Below the pieces are notes generated by a model. The model ran no database searches. It saw only the letters and a list, made by a program, of their open reading frames with translations, and was not told where the DNA came from. From contig JANHCV010000001.1 in assembly GCA_025594325.1 (NCBI GenBank), forward strand, positions 3,534,001 to 3,598,000: a DNA stretch of 64,000 nucleotides. Direction: 5' to 3'. Below, piece after piece: positions 11,701-23,363 of this stretch. The position numbers were made by a program, and so were the translations under genes. The stretch's first letter is position 1; every line of letters starts with the position of its first letter. This DNA comes from Blastocladiella emersonii ATCC 22665. Its lineage: Eukaryota > Fungi > Blastocladiomycota.

Positions 11701-14700
11701 CGCCGGGCGGGCCCATGGCCGCGACAAACTGCAGGTCGACGAGCTCGAGCTTGCTCGTGTCCTTGAGATCGAACCAGTTGCCGTGGTCCATCCACTGGCG
11801 CAGCAGCTCGATGGGCGGCTGCGCGCCGTACTTTTCGCGCGCGGGCATGTTCAGGTCGTCGACGAAGATGATGGCGCGCTTGCCGTGCGGCGGGCCGAGC
11901 GTGCCCTTCTTGCGCTTGTCGAGCTTGCTCAGTACAATGTCCTGGACCTGGTTAGCGCTGGTCTGCGCCGAGAAGTTGATGAACAGCGGCGTGTACTTGT
12001 CGTTCGGGATCCCCGTGAGCAGCTTGTTGGCGATGTACACGGACTTGCCGGTGCCCGTCGGCCCGACGAACAGCGAGTGCATGTTGTGCGTGATGAACAG
12101 GTCGAACAGGTACGTGTACCGCGCCGTGTCGACAGTCGGCACGATGATCTGGCTGAACTTGGCCGCGGCTGGGATCACGTAGTCGCCAAGCGAGTCGATC
12201 CACAGCTTCCAGGACCCGCCAGACTGGCTCTTGGGGTCGCGCACAAAGTAGTAGTCGAAGACGAGGCTCTGGTCCGGGATCGACTTCTCGACCAGCGCCG
12301 TATTCTTGGCCAGCTCCTCGCGCAGAAACTTGTCGAACTTGGCGCGGTCCTCGGCGTCCATGTTCCCGCCCATGGCCCACGTCAGCGCGAACAGGAAATA
12401 CGCCGCGAGCACGTTCTTCCACACCGACTCGCCGAGGTTGAGCGTCGTCGACGCAAACTCGTCGACCTGGCAGTACACGAGGCTCATGAGGCAGTTGACC
12501 GAGTCCATGACGGGCAGCGGCACAAACTCCTTGACCGTCTTCTTGAACGCGAGGCACGGCGGCACGAACGCGTCGAAGAGTTGTACAATGAACTCGCGCT
12601 CGGCCTCCTTGATCCCGGCCGGCAGCGTCGCGGTCCACGAGATGAGCAGCGGCCGCCAGCCGAGGGCCATGGGCTCCATGTAGATCATGCCGCAGCGACT
12701 GACCGTGGCCGGCTACACATGTTTGGAGTGCGAGCGTGAGTCGCGGGTCGCAGATGAGGGACAGCACAGTGAACGACGTACCGAAGCGACAGCGAGATCC
12801 TTGACCTCGAACATGACACTCATGACGTTGGTCAGCTGCATGATCTCGCCCGACGTGAGGCACAGCTTCTTGTTGTCGTCGAGCACCGTGTTCATGTTCT
12901 CGATCCAGATCGCGTCGACGGGGCCGTCAAAGATGACCCACTTGCGGTCGGGCGTCTGCGACGACGAGAAGGTGCGGAACGTGGTGGCGAGGATGCCGTC
13001 GGACCACTCGTGCGTGACGGGGTCGAACTGGCCGTACAGCTGGCCCATGGTGATGGACTTGGGGTTGAGCGCCTTGTACTCGACGCGGCGCTCGACGCCG
13101 TTGGTCAGCGCATGCATCTCGGTCAGCGCCTCAGCGAGCACGCGGTACGCGACCGTCTTGCCAGCCCACGGCTCGCCGACGATCATGAAACCGTGGCGAA
13201 TCAGCATCATCTCGTAGATCTGGATCGTCTTCTCGATGATCACCTTGGCGGGCTGCAGGTTCAGCCGCTTCATGGCGTTGTCGATGCACCCGAGCAGCTG
13301 CGTGTAGTCGAGCTTGGGCAGGTTGACCTTGGGGAACAGGTCGGCCGTGATGGCCGAGAACAGCGGCACGTCTTGCTCGAGGAACTTGGGCAGGTTCACG
13401 TCCGTGATGGACCGCAGCATGATGATCTGCTCGTCCTCGTTCGGGAACTTGAGCTTGAGGTTGCCGGCCGCCGTGAGCACGGCCTTGACGGCGCGCATAC
13501 CATAGTCGTAGTGGTCCTGCGACGAGAGCTGCTCGGAGCAGAGTCGGTACGTCGCTACGCGAATCAAGATCGTTAGTTTTCATTGTCGTGCACGAGACGT
13601 GGAGAAGGTGTAGCGCACCGACGATCTTGCGCGCGAGGTTGCGCGCGTCAACGAACCCGTACGAGAAGAGCGAGATTTCGGCGATTAGCGCGTAGTCGGG
13701 GACCATCATGGCCACGGGGCGGAACAGGGCCTTGAGGTTGTCGGGCAGCTCGGAACGGCCAGCGTAACCGGGGTTCATAGTGATGAACACGGCGCAGCCC
13801 GGGTTGAGCGACAGCGTCGTGCCCTCGAAGAGCAGCGTCTTGGCCTTGGCCGCGACGGCGCGCTGGATGGTGAGCACCTGCTGCGCGACGACCGAGAGGA
13901 CCTCGAGGTCGATACGGTTGAACTCGTCAAAGCACGCCCACGCGCCCGACGACGCGAGGCCCTTGAAGAACTTGCCCATGGCGAGGTAGTCGAGCTGGTC
14001 CGAGCAGTTGAACACGACGCACACCTTGGCGAGCGCCTTGGCCAGATCCTTGGTCGTCTCGGTCTTGCCCGTGCCGGCGGGGCCCTCGGGCGCGCCGCCG
14101 AGGTTGAGGTCGAGCGCGCCGATCAGCGTGCGGTAGCACCGATCCGTGAGCGGTGTGATGACGAGGCGGCCGGAGTTGCCGAGGTACTCGTAGCCGTACT
14201 TGGTCGTGGCGTTGATCATGCGGACCTGCACGTCGTTGTGCTCCCAGTAGTAGCGCAGCTGGCTGAGCCACTCAAAGTCGTTGGTCGACGTGAGCCCGGC
14301 GGCCTCGAGCTGGCCGACCACGTCGCGCGCGTGCACGTCGATGACGATGAGCGCCGACAGCGTGAAGCGGGCCATGGTCGTGAGCTCGCCGCGCACGAGC
14401 TCGGCGATCTTCTCGAGCTGCTTGACGCACACCTGGCGGTACGCCGCGAGCCCCTGCGGGCCGCCGTTGGCGATGGCGTCCTGGACCTCCTTGGTCCAGA
14501 AGATCTGGCCGACGCAGATGACGACCTGGCCGGGCCACTCGAGGACCCACCGCTCGCGCGGCGTCTCCGTGTACGCCTTGAGGGCCTTGCCCATCTGCTC
14601 GTGCACGCTGCTCTGCATGACGCGCTCGACCTGCAGCAGCCACTTTTCGACGGCGCCCTTGGCCTGAGCGGGCTCGATCACCTCCTTGAGCCGCACCTTC

Positions 14701-17700
14701 TCGCCCTCGCCCGAGCACATGGCAACGATGCGCTGGTCGTCGTGGAACACGAGCGAGTTGATGCCCTCGAAGCACTTTTTCAGGTGCGGCTGCACGCGCG
14801 TCGGGTCCTTGGTCTCGGCGAGGATCTCGAGCAGCTCGTCGTTGGACAGGAAGAAGAAGCGCGGGAACGCGATGCGCTTCTTCTCGAGGTACTCGTTGAG
14901 CCCCTTCTGGATCTCCTCGAGCGTCACGTTCGACTCCTTGAGCTTGGTGAGCAGGCCGGGCGTCGCCGAGAAGGACAGGATCAGCGGGTTCTCGGAGCAG
15001 CTGCGCATGATGTCGCGCCAGGTGCGGTCGACGACCTTGAACTTCTTGCCCTCGATGGGCATCTGCGCCATAATGTCCTCGGACGTGAAGATGGGCTCGA
15101 GGTACAGCCACGTCGCCTGCACCTGGAGCCACTCGTCGAGGATCTCCTGGATGAGCACGAGCTTGCCCTCCCACGTCGCCACCTCCTCCTCGATGGGCTT
15201 GGCGAAGGGCGACGACCGCATCGTCTGCACCTTGACGATCTGGTCGTCGAGCAGCGCCTGCACCTCCTCGAGCGACGACAGGATCTTGGTGCCCGTGTCG
15301 CGGTAGTCGACGCAGTTGAAGACGAGCCCGTTCCACTCGTCCTTCATCTTGGACAGGGCCTTCTGGAGCGAGTACTCCTTGGTCGCCGACTCGCTGACCG
15401 CCTCGAGCGCGGCGAGGTGCGGCGCGAGGTTGAACTCGATCATCTTGGCCAGCGTGGTCTCGGCCGTGGGCTGGATGGCGTGGCCGACGATCTGCGCCAT
15501 GCGGTCCCAGTGGCGCTGGCACAGGCCCGGGTTGCGCAGCACCGAGATGAGCGGCAGGTGCACCTTGAACTTGTCGAGCTTGTTCTTGATGCCCTCGGCG
15601 ACTTTGCGCGGGACGGCCTGCTCGACAAACACCTTGGTGAGCTTGAACAGCGTGCGCCACATGGTGTTGACCGACTCGTCGACGGCCTCGGACTGCAGCT
15701 CGAGGAACGAGCCCGACATCCACTTGGCGTGCTCGGTCTGGAACGCGCCGACCGTCTCCCACAGCTTCTTGTACGGCTCGAGCAGGTCGGCGACCTGCTG
15801 GAACTTTTCGAACGGCGTCTTGTCCCACTCGAGCAGCTCCTCCTCGGCGTTTATGCGCGAGATGGTGGTCGAGAGGTCGAGCATCTTGGCCTCAAGCTTC
15901 TTGATGCGCTTGAGGTACTCGCCGAGCTCGGACACGATGCCGTAGTCCTTGAACTGCATCACGTCGTTGTAGCACTCGTCCATGAGCGTGCCGGCCTGCG
16001 TTTGCTTGTCCTTGAGCTCCTCCTGCGCCTTGACCTTGCGCTGCGCCATGCGCTTCTTGCTGAGGTCGAGGATCGGCAGGATGCGCGACGGCCACGTGAA
16101 GGTGACGCCGTTGAGCTTGATCTCGTCCTCGGACATGAACGCGTAGTTGAGCAGCAGGTCGAGCCGCTTCTTGCCGCGCGTGATCTCGTCGCGCAGCTGC
16201 GCAATCTCACGGTCCTTGACCGCGTCCACGTACTTGATCAGGTCGACGAGCTCCTCGGTGTCCTGCGGCGTCTTCATGAGCTTGGTCGAGATCTTCTCGT
16301 ACTGGTCGCAGATGGACTGGTTCTGCTTGCGGTGGATGTCCGAGACCTGGTCAATGAGCCGCTGCACAAGGGCGTTGGCGCGGCCGACGAGCTCGAGCTT
16401 GAGCGCGCTCGTGTCGAGGTGGACGAGCGCGAGCCGCACGACGGGCGGGCTGCTCGAGATCTCCTCGATGAGCTTGAGCAGGCGCTTGATCTCGAGCTCG
16501 AACTCGTCGAGGTCCGTCTTCTCGCGCAGGAAATCGTCGATCTTCTTCTCGGCCTTTTGCGTCAGCAGCGGCTTGTACTTTTCGAACGTGAGCAGGTGCC
16601 GCTGCGGCGCGACGCAGTTGCGCTGGATCACGGCGCGCATCGCCTTGCCCTCGCCGATGCGCGAGTCGGACAGCGACATGGAGAAGAGGTACAGCGGCTC
16701 GTTGGCCAGGCTCGTGAACAGCTTGGTCTCGACGCGCGGCACCTCGCGCACCGTGTTGACCATGTCCTCGAGGATCCGCATCAGCGTCGTCTCGATCTCG
16801 TTGAGCGGCGGGTCGAACCGGATCTGCCCGCCCTGCAGCTTGAGCGACACGGAGAAGACGCTCGACTCGTTGCTCGCGCCGCTGAACGTGGCCGCGGCGG
16901 CTGCGGCGGCTACCGAGGCCGGCGTGGATGGCGACGCGGCGGCAGCAGAGGAAGAGGAACTGGACGTGGCCGTGTCCTGGAACCGCATGAAGAAGCCCTC
17001 GAGGGTGGCGAGCGAGCGCTCCGTGAGGTGCCACAGCTGGTTCGAGACGAGGACGGCGACCGACTTAAAGAAGGCGTCGAGGCGGCGGAACCCGAGGTCC
17101 ATGTCGGGCGCGCGGGTGGCGATCGAGTACCACATCTCCTTGGTCTCGATGAACATGTCGACGATCTCGGGGATCCACTCGTTGATGACGCGGGCGCGGA
17201 AGACGTGGCACTGCGACCGCAGGATGTTGTGGAACTCGTCGAGCGTGATGGGCAGCGTGTCCTCGCTGAAGACGCGCAGGTCGAACATGGTCATGTCCTG
17301 GTACTTTTGGAAGATGTGCAGGACCTTGACCATGGCCGGGTTGGTGAGGAACAGGTTCTCGGCGATGAAGCGCTTAGTCGCAGCGACGCCGTCGTGCCAC
17401 GGGAACGGCGCTCGCGCGATGCGCGGCGCGTACGTGTTGGGGACGCGCGGGATCATGAGGCGCGCGCGCTCGGTCGGGTCGAGCAGGATGTAGTCGACAA
17501 TCGATTTCTTGAAGTAGAGCGCGTAGTCGGTGCGCACCTCCTTGAACAGCGTCGACACGGTGCGCTCGTAGGACGCGGCCTGGTCGTCGTTGTGCGGGAC
17601 GGGGAGGTACTCTTCGATGCGCGCCACGGCGTCGCCGCTCAGCTCGGACACGACCGTGTCGGGGACGCCCTCCTTGACGTAGTGCCAGTAGCGGTCGAGC

Positions 17701-18752
17701 GGCGTGAACTGGTTGCGCGGGTTGTCGGGGTCCTCGTCGTACAGGTCGGCGATGACGGGCGTCTCGAGGTCCGACGTCGAGTAGGCGTGGGCCATGCGCG
17801 GGAAGTCGGCGTCGATGCGCTCGCCGGGACTCAGCGGGCGCGAGCCGTGGATGTCCTCGAGCGGCTGTCGACGGTTGCTGTCATTTTCGGGAGGTCGTAG
17901 AGTGAGCATCGACGCGTCGCGAAATCACGGGACGGATGCGAGACAGGGTGCGAGACAAAAACGTACAGCCGTGGTCCCTGGGCGTGCGGCGGCGTGACGT
18001 GGACTGGAGCATGGAAAACGGGGACCGCGTGAGCCACACCGGTGCGGACATTGAGGAAGGCGGGAACACCCGAAACCGTACCGACGTGGGGCCGCATCTC
18101 CCGAACGGACAGGTGCGAGGCGGCGGGTGAATAGTTGTTGGCGATCGAGTCGGACGTCATGCGCGAGAAGCGCTCCTCCTTGAGCGGGGCGGCTTGCGTC
18201 CACGAGAAACGCTTCAATATTGGCGGGAAAACGGCGTTGATGCCGTCGGGACCGTCGGCGTCGAGGTTGCTCTACGAGTGATGGGCGCGCGGCGGTGGTT
18301 AGCCCCATATTCGCAGCGGGCCACGGGCGGCGGCAGATCCTCGTGCGGGAAGGCGGCGGCGGCCGCGCATGGGCAAGCTTTCGTCGCCGGCTCCTCGGGT
18401 GGGAGCTAATTCGCTGCCACTCGAGCTCGCGCGCGCGCGTGGGGCCAGCTCGCCGTTGCGCGGCGGCCATGGTTCGGCCGGAACGGGCAGGCACCGGGTC
18501 CGCGCGCCACCGTTCCCATGACCCCCCGCCAACCACCACACCGGGCGTCGGTTGGGGAGGGCATGGATCGTCGCGCGCCCACACGTTTTGAGGGGAGGCA
18601 GGGACGGAGACAAGAGACAGAGAGCAGCACACCTTGTCAGCGCCGCCGAATCGTGGTGGTGCATGGCCGTTCCCGATGCCGCCGCCGCTGGCTGCGGACG
18701 GCCCGCCGTAGGGTTGCTGGGGCGCCGGCGGGATCGAGCGCCTTGACGCCAT
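5772..18752 (-). CDS. Axonemal inner-arm dynein heavy chain (DNAH3/7/12 class), about 4098 aa. Exons 18752-18633, 18271-17967, 17877-13619, 13554-12782, 12712-6641, 6539-5772
   Basis: P-loops [24 protein letters not shown] and GVGGSGRQS; CFDEFNRI; [12 protein letters not shown]; C-terminus [11 protein letters not shown]...HWINRG. Spliced length 12297 nt is divisible by 3. The two 5' exons are less certain than the rest. Confidence 0.95.
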
Positions 18753-19333
18753 GCTGGTGGTGGTGATGCCGGGCGTCCAGGATCAGTCGCGCGGGTCGAG
18801 GCGCGTTGTGTGCGTTGCTGGTGGTGGGAATCCCGAAGGAGCGAGCGAGGCGCGATGGTGGCGGCGCGCGCGCGTCGCTTAGCCGATGGTTGATTGCATG
18901 CAATGGCCGCTGCGTTGCGGCGTCTAGTTCCGTGTGTGTGCTCAAGTGAGTCGACCTCTGTGCGGGGTCGTCGTCGGCGGTGGTGGCACCGGCACGGTGG
19001 CGGTCAGTCGTCGCGAGACGCGTCATACGACGCGGCGCGACGCGTCTCGCATGCGCACATGACCGGCGCCCCGGCCCGAGGAGGCGGATCGCGCTTTCCC
19101 ACGCACCCTACATATCCGAATATGGACGTAGGCCCTCATCGGCGCAAAAAGGAAATGTTGGGGAGGGCGGCAGCTCGGCGATTGGTTCCCGCGGCGTCGG
19201 ACCCACGAGGCCACGCGCGCGACCCGAGGCGGCGGAAGCAAAGCTGCTGCTCACCGCTGCGCCCGCGCCGCGCCGCTCCGCGGAGAGACTCCTTGAACCC
19301 GACCCCGCTCCTCCACAGGGCTCCCGGCCGCAC

Positions 19334-19340
19334 TATAAAA
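19334..19340 (+). promoter_or_regulatory. TATA box candidate upstream of ACAD8, in the divergent dynein/ACAD8 intergenic region
   Basis: TATAAAA in GC-rich context, about 125 nt before the ACAD8 ATG. Confidence 0.55.
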
Positions 19341-19463
19341 CCTCCACGGCACCCTCGCACACCGTGGCAGCTTCGCGCACGCGCACACGCACCGACGACG
19401 CATCAACGACCAGCGCCTCGCTCCCAGTGCCTGTCCTTCTGCTCAATCCGTCCCTTGCACACC

Positions 19464-20873
19464 ATGCTCGCTCGCTCCGCTCTCCTGTCGGCCTCGCGCT
19501 CGGCTGCGCGCCCCGCCGCCCGCCCCATGGCCGCCCGCGCCATGTCGTCGATCATTGACCGTACGTGGGACCCGCGGTCGCCGTCCCGCTCGCCTCGCCT
19601 CGCCTCGCCGCACGGCTCACGCCTCGTTTCGATCGACGTGTGTAGCGACCATGGGCCTGACCGAGGAGCAGTGCCAGATTTTCGAGACGTCGCGCGCCTT
19701 CGCCAAGGCCGAGATGGGCCCGCGCGCCTACGAGCTCGACATGAAGGAGACGGAGCTCCCGCGCGACCTGTTCAAGGCCGCTGGCGAGCTCGGCTTCGGC
19801 GGCGTCTACGCCGACCCCGACTTTGGCGGCGCCGGTATGACCCGCATGGACGCGGCGCTCATTTTCGAGGCCCTCAGCACCGTCGACGTCTCGACCTCGG
19901 CTTTCATCTCGATCCACAACATGGCCCTTTACATTCTCGACTCGTTCGGCAGCCAGGGTGCGTCTCTTCTCTCTGCTCGCGTCCTGCTGGTCGACGAAGA
20001 TGTGGTTCTGACGCTCGTGACCGCACATACGTAGAGCTCAAGCAGAAGTACCTCCCCTCGCTCACCACCATGGACCACGTCGCCTCGTACTGCCTGACCG
20101 AGCCCGGTGCCGGCTCTGACGCGGGCAACCTCGCCACCACCGCCAAGCGCGACGGCAAGAACTGGAAGCTCAACGGCTCCAAGCAGTTCATCAGCAACGC
20201 CGGCGGCAGCGACATCTACATCGTCATGGCCCGCACCGGCGGCCCTGGGCCCTCGGGCATCAGCGCCTTCGTCGTCGACGCCAACGACGCCGTGACCAAG
20301 AAGGGCCTGTCGTTCGGCAAGAAGGAGCGCAAGGTCGGATGGAACTCGCAGCCGACGCGCGCCGTGATCATGGAGGACATGCTGATCCCCGCCGAGAACC
20401 TGATCGGCGAGGAGGGCAAGGGCTTCAAGTACGCCATGAAGGCGCTCGACGGCGGCCGCGTCAACATCGCCGCGTCGTCGGTCGGCGGCGCGCAGGGCGC
20501 GCTCGAGACCACGCTCGACTACGTCGGCCAGCGCAAGCAGTTCGGCAAGACCATCTCCACGTTCCAGAACACGCAGTTCCGCCTCGCCGAGATGGCGACC
20601 GCCCTCACGTCGTCGCGCCTCATGGTCCGCCACGCCGCCACGCTCCTCGACGAGGGCTCGCCCATGGCGCCCGCCGTCTGCGCCATGGCCAAGATCGAGG
20701 CCACCGAGAAGTGCTTCGACATCTGCGACCAGGCCATGCAGCTCCACGGCGGCTACGGCTACCTCCGCGAGTACACCGTGCAGCAGTTCCAGCGCGACCT
20801 CCGCGTCCACCGCATCCTCGAGGGCACCAACGAGATCATGCGCCTCATTGTCGGCCGTGAGCTCCTCAAGTAG
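19464..20873 (+). CDS. ACAD8: Mitochondrial isobutyryl-CoA dehydrogenase (acyl-CoA dehydrogenase family), 415 aa. Exons 19464-19560, 19646-19957, 20035-20873
   Basis: Arg/Ser/Ala presequence; DPTMGLTEEQ, FISIHNM, ASYCLTEPGAGSDA, GWNSQPTRAVI, GGRVNIA, QLHGGYGYL, RVHRILEGTNEIMR. Confidence 0.9.
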   Translation: MLARSALLSASRSAARPAARPMAARAMSSIIDRTWDPRSPSRSPRLASPHGSRLVSIDVCSDHGPDRGAVPDFRDVARLRQGRDGPARLRARHEGDGAPARPVQGRWRARLRRRLRRPRLWRRRYDPHGRGAHFRGPQHRRRLDLGFHLDPQHGPLHSRLVRQPGCVSSLCSRPAGRRRCGSDARDRTYVELKQKYLPSLTTMDHVASYCLTEPGAGSDAGNLATTAKRDGKNWKLNGSKQFISNAGGSDIYIVMARTGGPGPSGISAFVVDANDAVTKKGLSFGKKERKVGWNSQPTRAVIMEDMLIPAENLIGEEGKGFKYAMKALDGGRVNIAASSVGGAQGALETTLDYVGQRKQFGKTISTFQNTQFRLAEMATALTSSRLMVRHAATLLDEGSPMAPAVCAMAKIEATEKCFDICDQAMQLHGGYGYLREYTVQQFQRDLRVHRILEGTNEIMRLIVGRELLK

Positions 20874-21989
20874 ATTGCGAGAGCGTGTGTGTGTGTTTTG
20901 CATCCCTCCAGCCGCCGTGTTGGCGGCTCGTACTCCTAATCTCCCTATATATCAGCCTGTACATCGTCCTTGCTTTCGCCTTCGCCTATTCTGATGAGCA
21001 CTCCGCGGTTGCCTCAGTTGCTGAACTGGAAGCGAGACGGGTGAACTGCTCGAGGAGCGATTCCGCGAGCGGGCTGAAACCCCGCGCGTTTCGAACCACG
21101 TGGTGGCGCAACGCGTCCATCGACGATCGCCGCTTCTTGAACGCCCGAGCCTCAGCCGTCGCCGAGATGACAATCATTCTCGCTCACAGGCGACTGCTTG
21201 CGAGAGCGAAGACTCGGACGCCACGGCCGCCAAATGAGCAACGAGCAAGCGTATTGTCTTCAGCACACAAGCCCAACACGTCTCGCCTCACGCGACACGG
21301 CAGACCGGCATTGCGAACTCCCAACCAGTTTCTAGCGTGGCGAGCGCAACGGTCCTTGATCCAGACTCGCGCACAAAAGAGCTTCCTCTCCCTGCGCACG
21401 GTGCGCACTTTTTCACAGCAGGCGCAGGGAGAGGAAGAGAGCACGGCGGAGACTGGAACGGCTTCCGAAACATTGCACCGCCGTCTTGGTTAGGTTGGAC
21501 TTAGATAAGCTCAGAAATTGTGAACACCACTCGGCTGGAGCGTCGGCCGTGAAAGCGCAGTCCGGCGTAGTAGGCAAAGTCGCTGTGAGCACGCAACGGC
21601 GGCAAGTTTGATGTGAATCGGCTCGAAGTTGTGGCCGGAGGTTGCCGCCGTCACATTGGAAACAACAAACACAACCGCTACCGCGAGCAAGGAGATGCGC
21701 TCCGGATTCGGAATCATGTGTGTGAGACGGATATCGGCTTGGTCACCGCAGCGCGATATCGTGAACCAGGGAGGTCACTCCCGCCCGCTGTGTTGAGGAG
21801 GAAGGAAAGCGAGTTGCCGGCGTCGAGGTCGTTACGTCGCCACACGATGGCATGATTGAGTCGCGGAGGGCGGTGGCCGATAGGCGGGTGAAAGCGTTGC
21901 AACGGGGTGGAGAGCACAACGAGGAGCGCTCGCTGTGCTCGTCGACCTCCGCCGCGCCGCTCCGCCGCTCGCGTCGCTCACTCGCGACT

Positions 21990-22320
21990 CGGCTCACGTG
22001 ACACGACTTAGACATGTAAATTCAAAGTGTCACATAATAATTTTTCTGAGCATCGGATCGTGGTCAGGGACCACCAGGGACCTCACATATGTAAAAATCC
22101 CGATGTCGTATGGTGGGGTGGTCGAGAAGTTGTCCGAGCGTGCAAAGTTGAAAAAAACTTTCGGTTTGGTCGCTCGGACGAAAAACGCACTTAAGACTTA
22201 GCTTCTTGAATTGAGCCAAATTAGCCAACTACCTCAAATTACACCCAGTAACTTGGAATGTGATAAAAGTAATTTTCGAGGTATCCGGACAATATCATAA
22301 ATTTATTTGAGTGAGCATCG
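21990..22320. other. AT-rich non-coding island with nested palindromes and short repeats (possible transposon-end remnant or regulatory element)
   Basis: About 42% GC by hand count over 22021-22320. Stem GTCCGAGCG (22132-22140) / CGCTCGGAC (22171-22179). Direct repeat TGAGCATCG at 22047 and 22312. Confidence 0.5.
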
Positions 22321-22527
22321 TGGCCGAAAGAGTTAGTGAACTGATTTGGCCGGTGTCGCTTCAGGAGGCTTCATCGCTGGGCCGCTGCCCCGAACGACCA
22401 CCCACCACCGGTGCGCTAGTCTATACTCTCGCCTGTCTACACCATGTAACTGGCACGCCTAACGCACGCTTTCAGAGCACCGGAAATCACAACAGGTCGA
22501 CGCTGAAGAAGTATATTACTCAAAGCA

Positions 22528-23090
22528 TCACGACTGGGGCTGCTCCTGCTCTGCTGGCCGCTCGGCGTGGTGGCAGGGCGCGATCATGCGCTGTTGGTCG
22601 AGCACTCGGAGCGTTAGCTAGATCTCCTCCAAGAGCTCGGCCCAGTAGCGTACCTGCTTGAGCATGTGCCGCGTGCGGGCGATCGACTCGTTCTCGGCGA
22701 GCGCCATGAACGACGACAGGTGGTTGTAGCCGATCACGCTCGCGAGGGTGTCGCGGTGCTGGTTGACCATCCACTCGCTACACGAGAACCCAGTGGGCGG
22801 GTCAGCAGTGCGCTCGCGCGAGCAAGTTCGCCAAGAACGCACTAGCGGGTCGTGTCGGCGTGGCCGGTGCCGACGTGCTTCGACTGAACTAAAAGTGGTC
22901 GCAGAGACATGAGCGGGCCACTCGGAAACGCCTCCGACAAGACTCGTGGGCGTACGGTGCTCGAGCTGGCTGTTTAGGGTCGTGCGATCCTACGGGCGGT
23001 GCGATCCAGAGTTGAGCACTCCCGTTCCATGGCATAGCGCTGCGTCTGATTCATGAATTCATCGCAGTTGCATAGAGTCAAGCTTACCAT
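22528..23090 (-). CDS. SF3B5: Splicing factor 3B subunit 5 (Ysf3/SF3b10), 89 aa. Exons 23090-23088, 22989-22956, 22888-22843, 22777-22654, 22590-22528
   Basis: Hand-spliced: MDRTTLNSQLEHLQSKHVGTGHADTTRYEWMVNQHRDTLAS...AENESIARTR. Four GT-AG introns give a 270-nt CDS. Only a fragment appears in the ORF track. Confidence 0.93.
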
Positions 23091-23363
23091 GGCGGGAGTC
23101 TGGGTTCCTGGTTGAAGGCGGAGGAGGAAGCGTCGAACTGCATCGGGCACGGGACCGGTCGCGTCGCGTGCGTGGTGGCGCCTCGCTGTGAACGTTTCCA
23201 CGCTTGTGCGTGGGGTTCCCAGTCCTCCGAGCCCCTCTCTCCCTCGCTCTCTCTAGAGTTCCCTGCCAAAGCACAAAATCAGCCTCACACGGCCTCCATG
23301 TAACTTGTTGCACTCAGCTCGACCACCGCACCACGCACTCTCGTCCCTCCACGTCGCGCTGCC

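Noticed and set aside
6872-17900. Very long plus-strand ORFs antisense to dynein (1119 aa, 782 aa, 1220 aa), and similar shadow ORFs over UTP21, the PHO permease, SWA2 and others
   Set aside because: Expected artefact of extreme GC3 codon bias, which depletes stop codons in antisense frames. The translations are Arg/Leu/Val/Gly-rich with no motifs.
22036-22050. Sm-site-like AATTTTTCTGAG suggesting an snRNA
   Set aside because: No U1, U2, U4 or U5 signature sequences at the expected distances.
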